DNA from: an uncultured Pelagibacteraceae bacterium
GTDB lineage: Bacteria > Pseudomonadota > Alphaproteobacteria > Pelagibacterales > Pelagibacteraceae
DNA length: 64,000 nucleotides
Direction: 5' to 3'
NCBI GenBank assembly: GCA_902546765.1
Contig: CACCLG010000002.1
Coordinates: 18,839-82,838, forward strand
Shown here piece by piece: positions 47,783-57,734 of the stretch (positions are counted from its first letter, which is position 1; every line of letters begins with the position of its first letter). A program made the translations under genes and the position numbers. Under the pieces are notes generated by a model, which did not search any database, had not been told where the DNA came from, and worked only from the letters and a program-made list of their open reading frames with translations.

Positions 47783-48696
47783 TTGTTGTTACAGGAGGCG
47801 CAGGTTTTATTGGTTCTAATTTAATAAGAAAAATTAACAGTTTCGGAAAAAAAGATATAATTGTTGTTGATAGTATAAAGAAAAATAAAAAAAATATTTT
47901 TAAAATAAAATATGAAGATTATTATGATAAAGAAGATTTTATAAATAAAATTGAAAATAATAAAATAAATTGTGATATTAAACACATAATTCATTTGGGT
48001 GCTTGTTCTGATACAACAGAAACAAATTGGGATTATTTAAAATATAATAACATTTTATATTCAAAAATTCTTTATAAATTTTCTTTAAAAAAAAACGCAC
48101 AATTTTTATATGCTTCATCGGCAGCTGTGTATGGTTCTAAAAGCGGCAACAAAATTTCCAAAAAACTTGATTACAGACCTTTAAATCCATATGGAAAATC
48201 TAAGCTCAAATTAGACAATTTTTTTTTTAAATCCAATAAAAAGAAAGTGATAAGTCTGAGATATTTTAATGTTTATGGAAATTTTGAAAATCACAAAAAT
48301 AATATGAGAAGCCCTGTGAGCAAATTTTATGATGAATTAAATAGAAAAAGAAAAATTAATTTATTTAAATTTAAGGAAGAATATGAACCAAGTAGAGATT
48401 TTATATATGTAGATGATGCAGTTCATATGACTTTATTTCTGATGAAAAAAAAAAATTATGGCATCTATAATATTGGTACTGGTAAACCAGAAACTTTTAT
48501 TAAAATTGCCAAGATATTAATTAAAAAATTAAATAAAGGAAAAATTAATTTTATAAAATTCCCAAAATACTTAAAAAATAAATATCAATATTTTACAAAT
48601 GCTAATATTTCTGAATTAAAAAACTTAGGTTATAAAAAAAAAATTTATAGCATTGAAAGTGGGATAAACTTGTTTTTAAAGTCTTCACGCAAATAA
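47779..48696 (+). CDS. hldD: ADP-L-glycero-D-manno-heptose 6-epimerase-like
   Basis: MIVVTGGAGFIGSN, HLGACSDT, YASSAAVYG, YGKSK, RYFNVYG..E.HK..M.S, KYQYFT. Confidence 0.9.
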   Translation: MIVVTGGAGFIGSNLIRKINSFGKKDIIVVDSIKKNKKNIFKIKYEDYYDKEDFINKIENNKINCDIKHIIHLGACSDTTETNWDYLKYNNILYSKILYKFSLKKNAQFLYASSAAVYGSKSGNKISKKLDYRPLNPYGKSKLKLDNFFFKSNKKKVISLRYFNVYGNFENHKNNMRSPVSKFYDELNRKRKINLFKFKEEYEPSRDFIYVDDAVHMTLFLMKKKNYGIYNIGTGKPETFIKIAKILIKKLNKGKINFIKFPKYLKNKYQYFTNANISELKNLGYKKKIYSIESGINLFLKSSRK

Positions 48697-48699
48697 ATT

Positions 48700-49629
48700 T
48701 CAAATTTTTTTAATGTCCTTGAAAACTTTCGCTTTAACTAAACCAAAATTAATATTGTTTATATTATCATTATAAAATATTTTTAAGTTGGGATTTTTTG
48801 GAAACCATCTTCCCTTTTCTGCAGTGGATTTTCCAAATATAGATGTACTTTTTTTATTAAAAGCACTTGCAATATGCATGGTGCCATCATCATGAGATAT
48901 ATGATAACTACTATTACCAATAACGTTAATTAAATCTGCAATGTTTGTTCTATTACAGAGATTTATTATTTTACCAGGTTTGATTTTCGCTAAATTTTTC
49001 GCAATCTTAAACTCATAAACAGAACCAACTATTACTATTTTTATATTAGGTATTTCTGTTGTTATGCTCATAAGTAAATTTTTCCAATTTTTTTGACTCC
49101 ATTTTTTAAGTGGATGCTTTCCACCAAAACTAACCGTTATATATTTATTGTTAATAACATTTTTTTTTAAAAGTAAATATCCTTTAAGAGATAAATCTGT
49201 ATTTTTTAAATTTTTTTTAACTCGTTTACATAGATAATAAGTTTCATTAAATTTTTCATAATTAAATTTTTCATACTCGAAACCAATTTTTTTTTTTATT
49301 CCAAGGAAGTTAAATATTAAATAATCTCTTAAAAGTTTTTTTTTAGATATATAAGCGTTTAAATAATAAATTTTATCAAATTTTTTTTTTTTAATAATTT
49401 TACAAAAATTATAAAAATTAATTTTTCCATACTCAAAAAAAATAAATTTATCAATTAGTTTTTTTTTTAATGGAATATTATCAGGTCTTACAAAAGATTG
49501 TTTTTTTGAAATTTGACTTGCGAAAAATAATTTAGTATTTGGATTTTTTTTTTTAATGATATTTAAAGCAGGTAATGAAACAATAAAATCACCTAAACTA
49601 CAATTTCTATAGATTAAAATTTTTTTCAT
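48700..49629 (-). CDS. Glycosyltransferase family 9
   Basis: CSLGDF, KKWS, HDDGTMHIA, IFG...RWFP. Confidence 0.85.
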   Translation of the reverse strand: MKKILIYRNCSLGDFIVSLPALNIIKKKNPNTKLFFASQISKKQSFVRPDNIPLKKKLIDKFIFFEYGKINFYNFCKIIKKKKFDKIYYLNAYISKKKLLRDYLIFNFLGIKKKIGFEYEKFNYEKFNETYYLCKRVKKNLKNTDLSLKGYLLLKKNVINNKYITVSFGGKHPLKKWSQKNWKNLLMSITTEIPNIKIVIVGSVYEFKIAKNLAKIKPGKIINLCNRTNIADLINVIGNSSYHISHDDGTMHIASAFNKKSTSIFGKSTAEKGRWFPKNPNLKIFYNDNINNINFGLVKAKVFKDIKKI

Positions 49630-51422
49630 TTAAAAATATTTTTATACCAAATGCCATAACTGTAAGTTCTAAAAAAGACTGATTTATTTTTTTCTAAATC
49701 CTTAGTAAGATTAATCAGTTTGTTAGTATTTATTAATGGAATATCTTTAAAACTATAAAGAATAATTTCTTTAATTTTGTCTAAATTTTTATTTATGTAT
49801 CCTTCCAAGTTTCCAGGAAAACCATATTTTTTTTTAGTATTTAAAACATAGTTTGGAACTTGAGTGTGACTCCTTAAAAGTGACTTAGGACCTAATTCAA
49901 AATGGTCATTCAATTCTGTTTTCTTAGAATATTCAACCAAATTATAGTCTAAATAAGGTACTCTAGACTCAATACCATAAGACATAGAATTTTTATCTTC
50001 ATAATCTAAAAAATATGATAACCCCCAATGTGAATTATAATTTAAAACAATATTTTCAAAGTCGTCATCAAGAAATTTTTCATAATATTTTATTTCTTTC
50101 AATTTAATGTCATAATCTAAGTGGCTGGTATTTTTTGATAACTGATAATTCTTAAAATAATTTAAATATTTATAATTTATAGTTTCTTTTAAAGCTCTAA
50201 AATAAGTGTATTTATCATTTGTATAATCAGATAAAAATTTAATAGATTTAAAAAATTCCTTTAAACCCTTCTTTTTAAATACTGAGGCTAAATAACCATA
50301 TATATGTATTGGATAGCCATAGAAAATTTCATCTCCTCCTAAACCTGAAAAAAGTACCTTAAAACCATTTTTAGCAACTTCACGACATAAAACATTATGA
50401 ACAATCATTGAGGCATCAGCAGTTGGTTGATCCATGTCATCAACAGTTTTGATATGATCATCTATAAAATTGATCACATCTTCATTTATATAATGTTCAG
50501 TAAAGTTAAATTCCTTATTCAATTTAGGAATATTTTTATTCTCATCGTTCGGATTATTTAAAATTGATGAAAAAGTATGAATTTCTTTGTTTTGTGCCTG
50601 ATTTTTAAGTATTATACTTAATAAAGTCGAATCTAAACCACCAGATAAAAAACATGCAATCTTTTTATGTTCAGTTATGGATTGTTGTGAAATGATAAAA
50701 TCAAAATTTTTCTCAAAAGTATTATAATTTTTATTTTTTTTTGACTCAGATATATTATGTGAATAATTTTGAATATTAAAATTTTTTTTATTTATATCAA
50801 ACTCTAATATTTGCCCAGCCTCTAAATTGTTAATATTTTTTAATAATGTATTTTTAAATCCATGTATTTGTCTATGGCCAATAAATTTAACAACTTCATT
50901 TATATTTATAGATAAATTTTCCTTTACAGTTTTATTCTCTACCAATGCCTTGATTTCTGATGCAAAAATAAATTTTTTTGAATTCGCAAAATAATATAGT
51001 GGTTTAATCCCATATTTATCTTTAATAAGAAAAATTTTGTTTAATTTTTTTATATATAGGGCAATTGAATACATTCCATTTATGTACTCAACAAGGTTTA
51101 ATCCAAATTTATCATAAAGTTTTAATAATACCTCTGTATCAGTATTACTAGTAAACTTTTCCTTTGAAAAAATTGTCCTTTTTAATTCTTTGTAATTATA
51201 AATAGACCCATTAAAAATAATTACATTGCCAGTTTTCTTGTCAATCATTGGCTGTACCGAATTATTCGATAAATCCATAATTTTCAGTAAACTATGAATG
51301 AAGCAAAATGAATTTTCTTTATAATACTTTAAGCCATCTGGCCCTCTATGCTTAATCTTTTTAACTAAAGAATTTATTTCACTGTCATTATAATCTCCAA
51401 TAATTCCTGCAATACCACACAT
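49626..51422 (-). CDS. asnB: Asparagine synthase-like glutamine amidotransferase (likely glycan amidation)
   Basis: MCGIAG (Ntn Cys), HRGPD, SGGLDS, GLGGDE, ESRVPYLD. Confidence 0.9.
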   Translation of the reverse strand: MCGIAGIIGDYNDSEINSLVKKIKHRGPDGLKYYKENSFCFIHSLLKIMDLSNNSVQPMIDKKTGNVIIFNGSIYNYKELKRTIFSKEKFTSNTDTEVLLKLYDKFGLNLVEYINGMYSIALYIKKLNKIFLIKDKYGIKPLYYFANSKKFIFASEIKALVENKTVKENLSININEVVKFIGHRQIHGFKNTLLKNINNLEAGQILEFDINKKNFNIQNYSHNISESKKNKNYNTFEKNFDFIISQQSITEHKKIACFLSGGLDSTLLSIILKNQAQNKEIHTFSSILNNPNDENKNIPKLNKEFNFTEHYINEDVINFIDDHIKTVDDMDQPTADASMIVHNVLCREVAKNGFKVLFSGLGGDEIFYGYPIHIYGYLASVFKKKGLKEFFKSIKFLSDYTNDKYTYFRALKETINYKYLNYFKNYQLSKNTSHLDYDIKLKEIKYYEKFLDDDFENIVLNYNSHWGLSYFLDYEDKNSMSYGIESRVPYLDYNLVEYSKKTELNDHFELGPKSLLRSHTQVPNYVLNTKKKYGFPGNLEGYINKNLDKIKEIILYSFKDIPLINTNKLINLTKDLEKNKSVFFRTYSYGIWYKNIFK

Positions 51423-51591
51423 AAAATCAATATAAAAATACCTTTAGATATTTCCAAAAATTAAAAATTTTAATTTGTTCAACTGATTGAAAAAAATAAG
51501 AATTTAAATACATATTCATATAATCTATTAATATTGTAATACAATTCTAGATCAATATTTGATATAATTATTACGATTTATTTAACTTAAA

Positions 51592-53190
51592 GTGCCAATT
51601 ATTTATCCATCATATTTAGAAAATAATAAAGATTTTGTATACGATATTTGTATTATTGGTGCGGGTCTAAGTGGTCAAATAGTAGCTTCAAATATTAAAG
51701 ATAAGAAAATTATACTTATTGATAGTGGTAAAATTAACTTTTCCAAAGAAGTGCAAGATTTGAACAAGATTGAAATGGGTGGTTTAAAATTTAGAGAGGA
51801 ATTCACAAATAGAGTTAGACAATTGGGAGGTTCTGCGAATATGTGGGCTAACCAACTTATGTTTTTGGATAAATACGAAATTGAAGATAGGCATTGGCTG
51901 GGTGAGAATTTATCATGGCCAGTAGGATACGATGAATTAAAAAAAAACTATTCCGAAATAATATTTAATTTATACGGAAAATCCTTAGAAAATCCGTTTG
52001 ATAAGGTAAGTGATAGAAATTTCTATTCTACATTAGAAAATGAATTCCTTAATGAAAAAAATATTTCATTAGTAAATTGTATATGGCCAAATAAAGTTGA
52101 AAAATTTAATATTCATTCAAAATTTACAAAAAAAATAATACATAATAAGAATATACACTTTATATCTAATTTTACTGCTACTGATTTTCATATTAATGAA
52201 AATATCGAAAAATTAACTGAGGTTACTTTTCTTTCAGAAAATAAAAAGATTTCGATTAAAGCGAATACATTTGTTTTAGCTTGTGGTGCAATTGAAAATG
52301 CGAGGATATTATTAAATAATCAATCTAAATTCAAAATTTTAGATAACAAAAACATAGGTAAATATTTTATGGATCACATAAATATAAACTTAGGATATAT
52401 AAAGAGCAAAAATAAACTACCGCTAAGTATTTTATTCGGAATGAAATATCGCAAATTTGATATAAGAAAATGTATAAAATTCTCTGAAAATTTTCAGAAA
52501 GAAAAAGGCATTTTAAGTTGTCATTCTTATATCGATCCAGTTTATGAAAAAAATGATGAGGATATATTTTGGAATCTTTTAAAAGAAATAAAAAAATTTA
52601 TTAGATTAAAAGGAATACCAAAATTAGAATTAAAAAAAATGAATTTTAGAAAAACTATTGAACAATTATATTTTAGAGTACCGCCTCAAGTATCAAATTC
52701 TATTCTAAATTCTTTTTTGCGATCAATATTATGCAGTAATAAGAATTATCTTTCTTTTAATAAACTTAAAATTTTTTTTCAGGGTGAGCAATTACCAAAC
52801 GTAAACAGTAAAATTTATTTAAGTCAAAAACGTGATAGATACAATCAGAATATTGCGATTGTTGATTGGAAGTTAGATAAAATTGACTATCAAAGTCAGA
52901 ATGAATTTATAGAAATACTTAGTAAAAAATTTAAATCTCATGAGTTCTTGAATTTTGAAACAAACTCAAATATGAAAATTTTGGATGTGAGTCATCATTC
53001 TGGGACTACGAGAATGTCAAATAACAAAAATGATGGGGTGGTTGACAAAAATTGTAAATATCATGGTCTTAAAAATCTTTATATTTGTGGTAGTTCTGTG
53101 TTTAAGACTATTGGAAGTGGCAATACTGGATTATCTATAATGGCTATCTCAAATCGATTAGGTAATTACTTGAATGAAAACTTAAATTAA
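51592..53190 (+). CDS. GMC family FAD oxidoreductase
   Basis: IIGAGLSG, LGGSANMW, LACGAIENARILL, GKYFMDH, EQLPN, HHSGTTRM, GVVD. Confidence 0.88.
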   Translation: MPIIYPSYLENNKDFVYDICIIGAGLSGQIVASNIKDKKIILIDSGKINFSKEVQDLNKIEMGGLKFREEFTNRVRQLGGSANMWANQLMFLDKYEIEDRHWLGENLSWPVGYDELKKNYSEIIFNLYGKSLENPFDKVSDRNFYSTLENEFLNEKNISLVNCIWPNKVEKFNIHSKFTKKIIHNKNIHFISNFTATDFHINENIEKLTEVTFLSENKKISIKANTFVLACGAIENARILLNNQSKFKILDNKNIGKYFMDHININLGYIKSKNKLPLSILFGMKYRKFDIRKCIKFSENFQKEKGILSCHSYIDPVYEKNDEDIFWNLLKEIKKFIRLKGIPKLELKKMNFRKTIEQLYFRVPPQVSNSILNSFLRSILCSNKNYLSFNKLKIFFQGEQLPNVNSKIYLSQKRDRYNQNIAIVDWKLDKIDYQSQNEFIEILSKKFKSHEFLNFETNSNMKILDVSHHSGTTRMSNNKNDGVVDKNCKYHGLKNLYICGSSVFKTIGSGNTGLSIMAISNRLGNYLNENLN

Positions 53191-53194
53191 TGAA

Positions 53195-54001
53195 ATGCTA
53201 ACTTCAACTATAAGATTGCCATTATTTTTAAAGCCAAAATATGAAACTACATTAGTTAGAATAGGAAAAAAAAATGATGGAGGATATTCGATTGGTAAAA
53301 ATTCCCTTGAAAATACCAAAAAGCTATTTTCATTTGGTCTTAATGATGATTGGTCTTTTGATGAAGAATTTTCTTTGAAATCAAATTCAGAAGTTTTTGT
53401 TTATGACCCAAATGTAAATATGAAATTTTGGATAAGAAAATTTTTAAGAAATTTTAAAGAAATTTTACTTCTAAAAAGAAGATCATTAAAAGAAATAAAT
53501 GAAATATTCTCTTATTTAAGATACAAGAAATTTTTTAGTGGTAACAATAAAATTCACGAGCTAAAACTTATTGCGCCAAAAGATGCATCAATACCTAACT
53601 TTAAAATTGATCAAATTACCGACCTGCACTTTTTAATGAAAAATATAAGAGAGAAAAATATTTTTATGAAAATTGACATAGAGGGTAGTGAGTATAGAAT
53701 TCTGGATCAACTTATAGATTATCAACAATATATGACAGGTTTAGTAATTGAATTTCACAACTGTGATTTACATGTAGAACTAATAAGAGAATTTGTCAGT
53801 AAATTTGAACTTCAATTAGTGCATATTCATGTGAATAATTGGGGTTTAATTGATAAAAATGGATTTGCATCTTCATTAGAGATGACTTTTTCTCCAAAGG
53901 AGTTCAATGAAGAAGTTAAAGATGCTTTAAAGTCATATCCATTATTAATTGATCAGCCATGTAATCCGAAATTTCAAGACAGTAAAATAGAATTTTTTTA
54001 A
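53195..54001 (+). CDS. FkbM-like methyltransferase
   Basis: RIG..NDGGY, SFGLNDDWSFD, MKIDIEGSEY, IEFH, HIHVNN. Confidence 0.75.
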   Translation: MLTSTIRLPLFLKPKYETTLVRIGKKNDGGYSIGKNSLENTKKLFSFGLNDDWSFDEEFSLKSNSEVFVYDPNVNMKFWIRKFLRNFKEILLLKRRSLKEINEIFSYLRYKKFFSGNNKIHELKLIAPKDASIPNFKIDQITDLHFLMKNIREKNIFMKIDIEGSEYRILDQLIDYQQYMTGLVIEFHNCDLHVELIREFVSKFELQLVHIHVNNWGLIDKNGFASSLEMTFSPKEFNEEVKDALKSYPLLIDQPCNPKFQDSKIEFF

Positions 54002-54032
54002 TTTATTTTATAATTGTTGATATAATAAAATT

Positions 54033-55316
54033 CTAGTGTGCGAATAATTTTAGTTTTTTAACAAAGTAAAAATATACAGTTACTCTTAATATTATATTTG
54101 TAAATGATCCAGCAAGAATAATCTTAAATACTAGGATAATGTCATTAAAAACATTTAAATACAAAAGCGATATATATATCGTTAAATTAACTAACATGTC
54201 AAAAAAACCAATATAATTAAATTTATTTATTGTTTGTAATGGTAAAGTTATAAATTTACCAAAAATTAATAATATTGTGTCTAAAACTATTAAGATAATT
54301 AATTCTGAAGAAGCTATAAATTTACCTTTTAACCAAAACTCATAAATATAAGTTCCAAAATAATAACTAAACAGAAAAAATATAAATAATGATATTGAAA
54401 TTATGACTAGTCCATTAATATAATAAGACTTAAATTTCTTTTGATACCGATCATTTTCAAAATATCTTATTATTTCTAATAAAAATGTATTAAAAAAAAT
54501 TCCATAAGCTCTATGTGGCAAATAAAGAAACATAGTTCTTAAAGTAGTTATGAACCCAACTAATGATAAATAATCACTCATTCCTAACAAAAATATTAGT
54601 CCTGGTCCTTTAATTAAAAGTGCTATTTGCTCAAAATTAAATCCTAAGGAATATTTTATTATTTTGTTAAGTTGTTTTTTATTTACAAATTTAAAATTTA
54701 AGAATTTTTTTAAGTATTTATCATCAATTAGGAAATAAAAAATTAGTAGTTTTAAAATGCTTATAATTAGAAGTATATAAAAAGTATCTTTGAAATTATC
54801 TAAAAAGTAAAAAGAAACTGGTACTAAAAAAGCAACTAAAAGATTAGATGCTATATCAAAATAATTAAAAACTGTATAATTACCTCTGTAAGTAAGTGCT
54901 AAATATAGTGGTCCCCTACAATACATTGATATTAATGTGCTGAATATAACAACTACTATAATTTTTATATTTTCATTAATTATAGGTCTATCTATATTTA
55001 TGTAAACGTATGAAAGACAAAAAAAAAGTATTACTAAAATGTTTATTAACATTAAAAAAATAGAGTTCTGATAGATATTATTCAAGGATGTGTATTTCTT
55101 ATTTTTAAACAAAATAGCCATTTCATTTCTTGCAGGAAGAGAAATTGAAATTTGAAATATCGACAGAAAAGATGGTATAGCTAATAAAAATACCCACAAA
55201 TTAAAGTTATTTGTCCCCCATAATATTAACATAAATAAAGGAAAAAAAACCTGAATTAGTATTTTTTCGAAAAATACTGAGAAGTGACTAATCAAATTAT
55301 TTTTAAAGTTGTTCAT
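54033..55316 (-). CDS. Putative polysaccharide flippase (Wzx-like)
   Basis: 427 aa with about 12 TM segments, in a glycan cluster context. Confidence 0.6.
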   Translation of the reverse strand: MNNFKNNLISHFSVFFEKILIQVFFPLFMLILWGTNNFNLWVFLLAIPSFLSIFQISISLPARNEMAILFKNKKYTSLNNIYQNSIFLMLINILVILFFCLSYVYINIDRPIINENIKIIVVVIFSTLISMYCRGPLYLALTYRGNYTVFNYFDIASNLLVAFLVPVSFYFLDNFKDTFYILLIISILKLLIFYFLIDDKYLKKFLNFKFVNKKQLNKIIKYSLGFNFEQIALLIKGPGLIFLLGMSDYLSLVGFITTLRTMFLYLPHRAYGIFFNTFLLEIIRYFENDRYQKKFKSYYINGLVIISISLFIFFLFSYYFGTYIYEFWLKGKFIASSELIILIVLDTILLIFGKFITLPLQTINKFNYIGFFDMLVNLTIYISLLYLNVFNDIILVFKIILAGSFTNIILRVTVYFYFVKKLKLFAH

Positions 55317-55414
55317 TAAAAATATAGAATAATATATTATAGTTATTTAATACTTCTAAATGCGATATAAAAAAAGTCTTTAGAATTATTTTTATAATTA
55401 AAGGAAAATTATTA

Positions 55415-56425
55415 ATGAATAATTCACTAATTATAGGCTTTGGCAAAAGAGTAAAAAATACCGTAATACCTGCATTAAAAATTATTGATGACGGAAAAAT
55501 CTATGTTTATTCAAGAGTTTTTGAAAAAATAGTATCGGAAAAAAATAAGTATGAAATTGAACCAATCAAAGATCTTAATAATGACTTTATAAGAAATATA
55601 AAAAGAATTTTTATATGTACGCCTAATGAAATTTTTTTAAATTTAGTTCAAAAAATCTGTGAATTTGATGTAAAAAATATTAATTTATATATAGACACTC
55701 CAATACTTCCAAAAATATCAAATATAAAAATCGAAAGATACAATCAAAACTTTAAAAATATATATGTACTAGAAGATTTTTATTTTAATCCTTTAAATGA
55801 AATAATTAATAAAGTAGTTAAAAATAATAATTTAAAATCTATTAGAAAAATAGAATATATAAATAGTGGTCATTCATATCATTCTTTAGCTCAGTCAAGA
55901 TATTTGCTAAATAAATCATCGGTATATTTTGGTAATAAAAGAAATAATATTATCAAATTTTATTTAGAAGATAGTAAAATTGTAATTAACGGTAATAGAA
56001 CTGAAACCGGTTATACAATTATCGAAACTTTTGACAAAAATATAGTCATAAATAGTAAAAATCATAAATCTAACTTTAAAATAGATTACATTTTTAACGA
56101 GAATATTATTTGTGGATATAAATTAAATGAAAATAAAATTGAATTACCTGAAAATTTAAACAAGGATTTTTTACTATTAAAAAGTATTTGTAATAAATAC
56201 AACATATACCTTAGAACGCTTCAAGAGCAAATTATATCATTTGTACAATTAATTAATGAATGTGAAAAAGAATATGGGAAAAAATATCTTTTAGTAGATG
56301 GAATTAATGATGCTTTCATTTGTGCAGTAATAAATAAAATAAAAATATATATAGACCTTTATATTAAGAAAAAATCTTTTTTATTAATTATTTTAAAAAT
56401 TATTTATAGTCTAAAATCTAAATAA
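55415..56425 (+). CDS. Hypothetical protein with degenerate Gfo/Idh/MocA-like N-terminus
   Basis: LIIGFGKRV, IFICTP, IDTP where EKP is normally found. Confidence 0.55.
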   Translation: MNNSLIIGFGKRVKNTVIPALKIIDDGKIYVYSRVFEKIVSEKNKYEIEPIKDLNNDFIRNIKRIFICTPNEIFLNLVQKICEFDVKNINLYIDTPILPKISNIKIERYNQNFKNIYVLEDFYFNPLNEIINKVVKNNNLKSIRKIEYINSGHSYHSLAQSRYLLNKSSVYFGNKRNNIIKFYLEDSKIVINGNRTETGYTIIETFDKNIVINSKNHKSNFKIDYIFNENIICGYKLNENKIELPENLNKDFLLLKSICNKYNIYLRTLQEQIISFVQLINECEKEYGKKYLLVDGINDAFICAVINKIKIYIDLYIKKKSFLLIILKIIYSLKSK

Positions 56426-56430
56426 ATAAT

Positions 56431-57547
56431 TTATTTTTCTAATAAATTTGTTTCAAATATGTATTCTTGAATTACTTTTGAAACTAATGTTTCACCTCCA
56501 ATATTAAAATGACCTCCACATCTATCATATAGGATTTTAAAATTATTTTTACTTTTTTTCATTATAATCGGACCAAAATTTATGTATCGTAAATTTTTTT
56601 GCTCTAATAAATTAATCAAATTTTCATAAGGGTATTTTTTATATTTTTGGAAATATTCCAGATCTCTACAGGTTGGAAACACAGTTAGAACTGGTTTAAG
56701 TCCTAAATACTCAGCTTCAAGATAAAATGAATGCATTATTTTAAAGGTAATTTGAAGAACTTTTGATTTATGGTTAGGTGAATAAAAATCAACAAGTCTA
56801 GATAGATTTCGTGAAATTTTTTTTCTTATATGCTAATGATTAAAACTTTTTAGTACGTTTAAAGTAAATGGGAACTTTAATTTTTGAATGCCGCTTTCAT
56901 AGCCTGGTAAAAATATTCCTCACTAAGATATTTTTCAGGTTGTAAAAAAAAATCATTTATATTTTTTTTTTGAATTTGAGGAAGAGGCACTAATTCTAAT
57001 TCATCATTTTTAATTATATATCTTGGTTTGAATACAAATGATTTATTTGGATAAATAAAATTTCTAAATTGATTTATATTACGAATTATATTTTCAGAAA
57101 AATGATTTAGAAAAACAATATCGCTGTGATTTGTTTTAGACAAAAATTTCATTTGTGCTTGGTCTGAGCCGTATCCTCCAACACCGAAATTGCGAACTCT
57201 ACATTCAATAAGTTCTGACAATTGCGAGGGCCACGAAAAATCTTCGTTATCATGACCGTATGTAAAAGAATCTCCATAAAGGTCAACACAGGGTTTTGAA
57301 TTATTAAAAGTGCTTCGATCTACACGCGCACCATATTTATCGAGATTATCTTTTCCAATAAAGGTATCCCATCCTAAAATATTATCTCTTTTTTTTAAAT
57401 ATTCATCGTAGTTTTGAGTTATTTTTTTTTATCGAATAGAGCGCCTACATTTGCTAAAAAAAACTTAGATACAAAAAAACTAAGTATTTCAATGAAAATT
57501 AAATTTAATAAAATAATTAAAACATAAATTTTTACTTTCGAACTCAT
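56431..57547 (-). pseudogene. Disrupted SGNH/GDSL hydrolase-like gene (two frameshifts and one nonsense codon)
   Basis: Reconstruction gives an N-terminal TM anchor, GDSFTYG, NFGVGGYGSDQ and a C-terminal GGHFN. Lesions at 57422-57430, 56909-56913 and TAG 56833-56835. Confidence 0.85.
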
Positions 57548-57734
57548 GTAAAAATCTTAAACAGTAATCTTTGTTTTCTAATTTTTGTAGTCACACAAAT
57601 AATAATATATATATTAATAATTAGTTGTATATATGATTAAATTAATTCCTCATTTAAATATAATAATTTTTTATTTATTAATTTAAAATAATGAAATTTA
57701 GATGCTGTAATTAAAAGTTGAATTAAAATATTAT

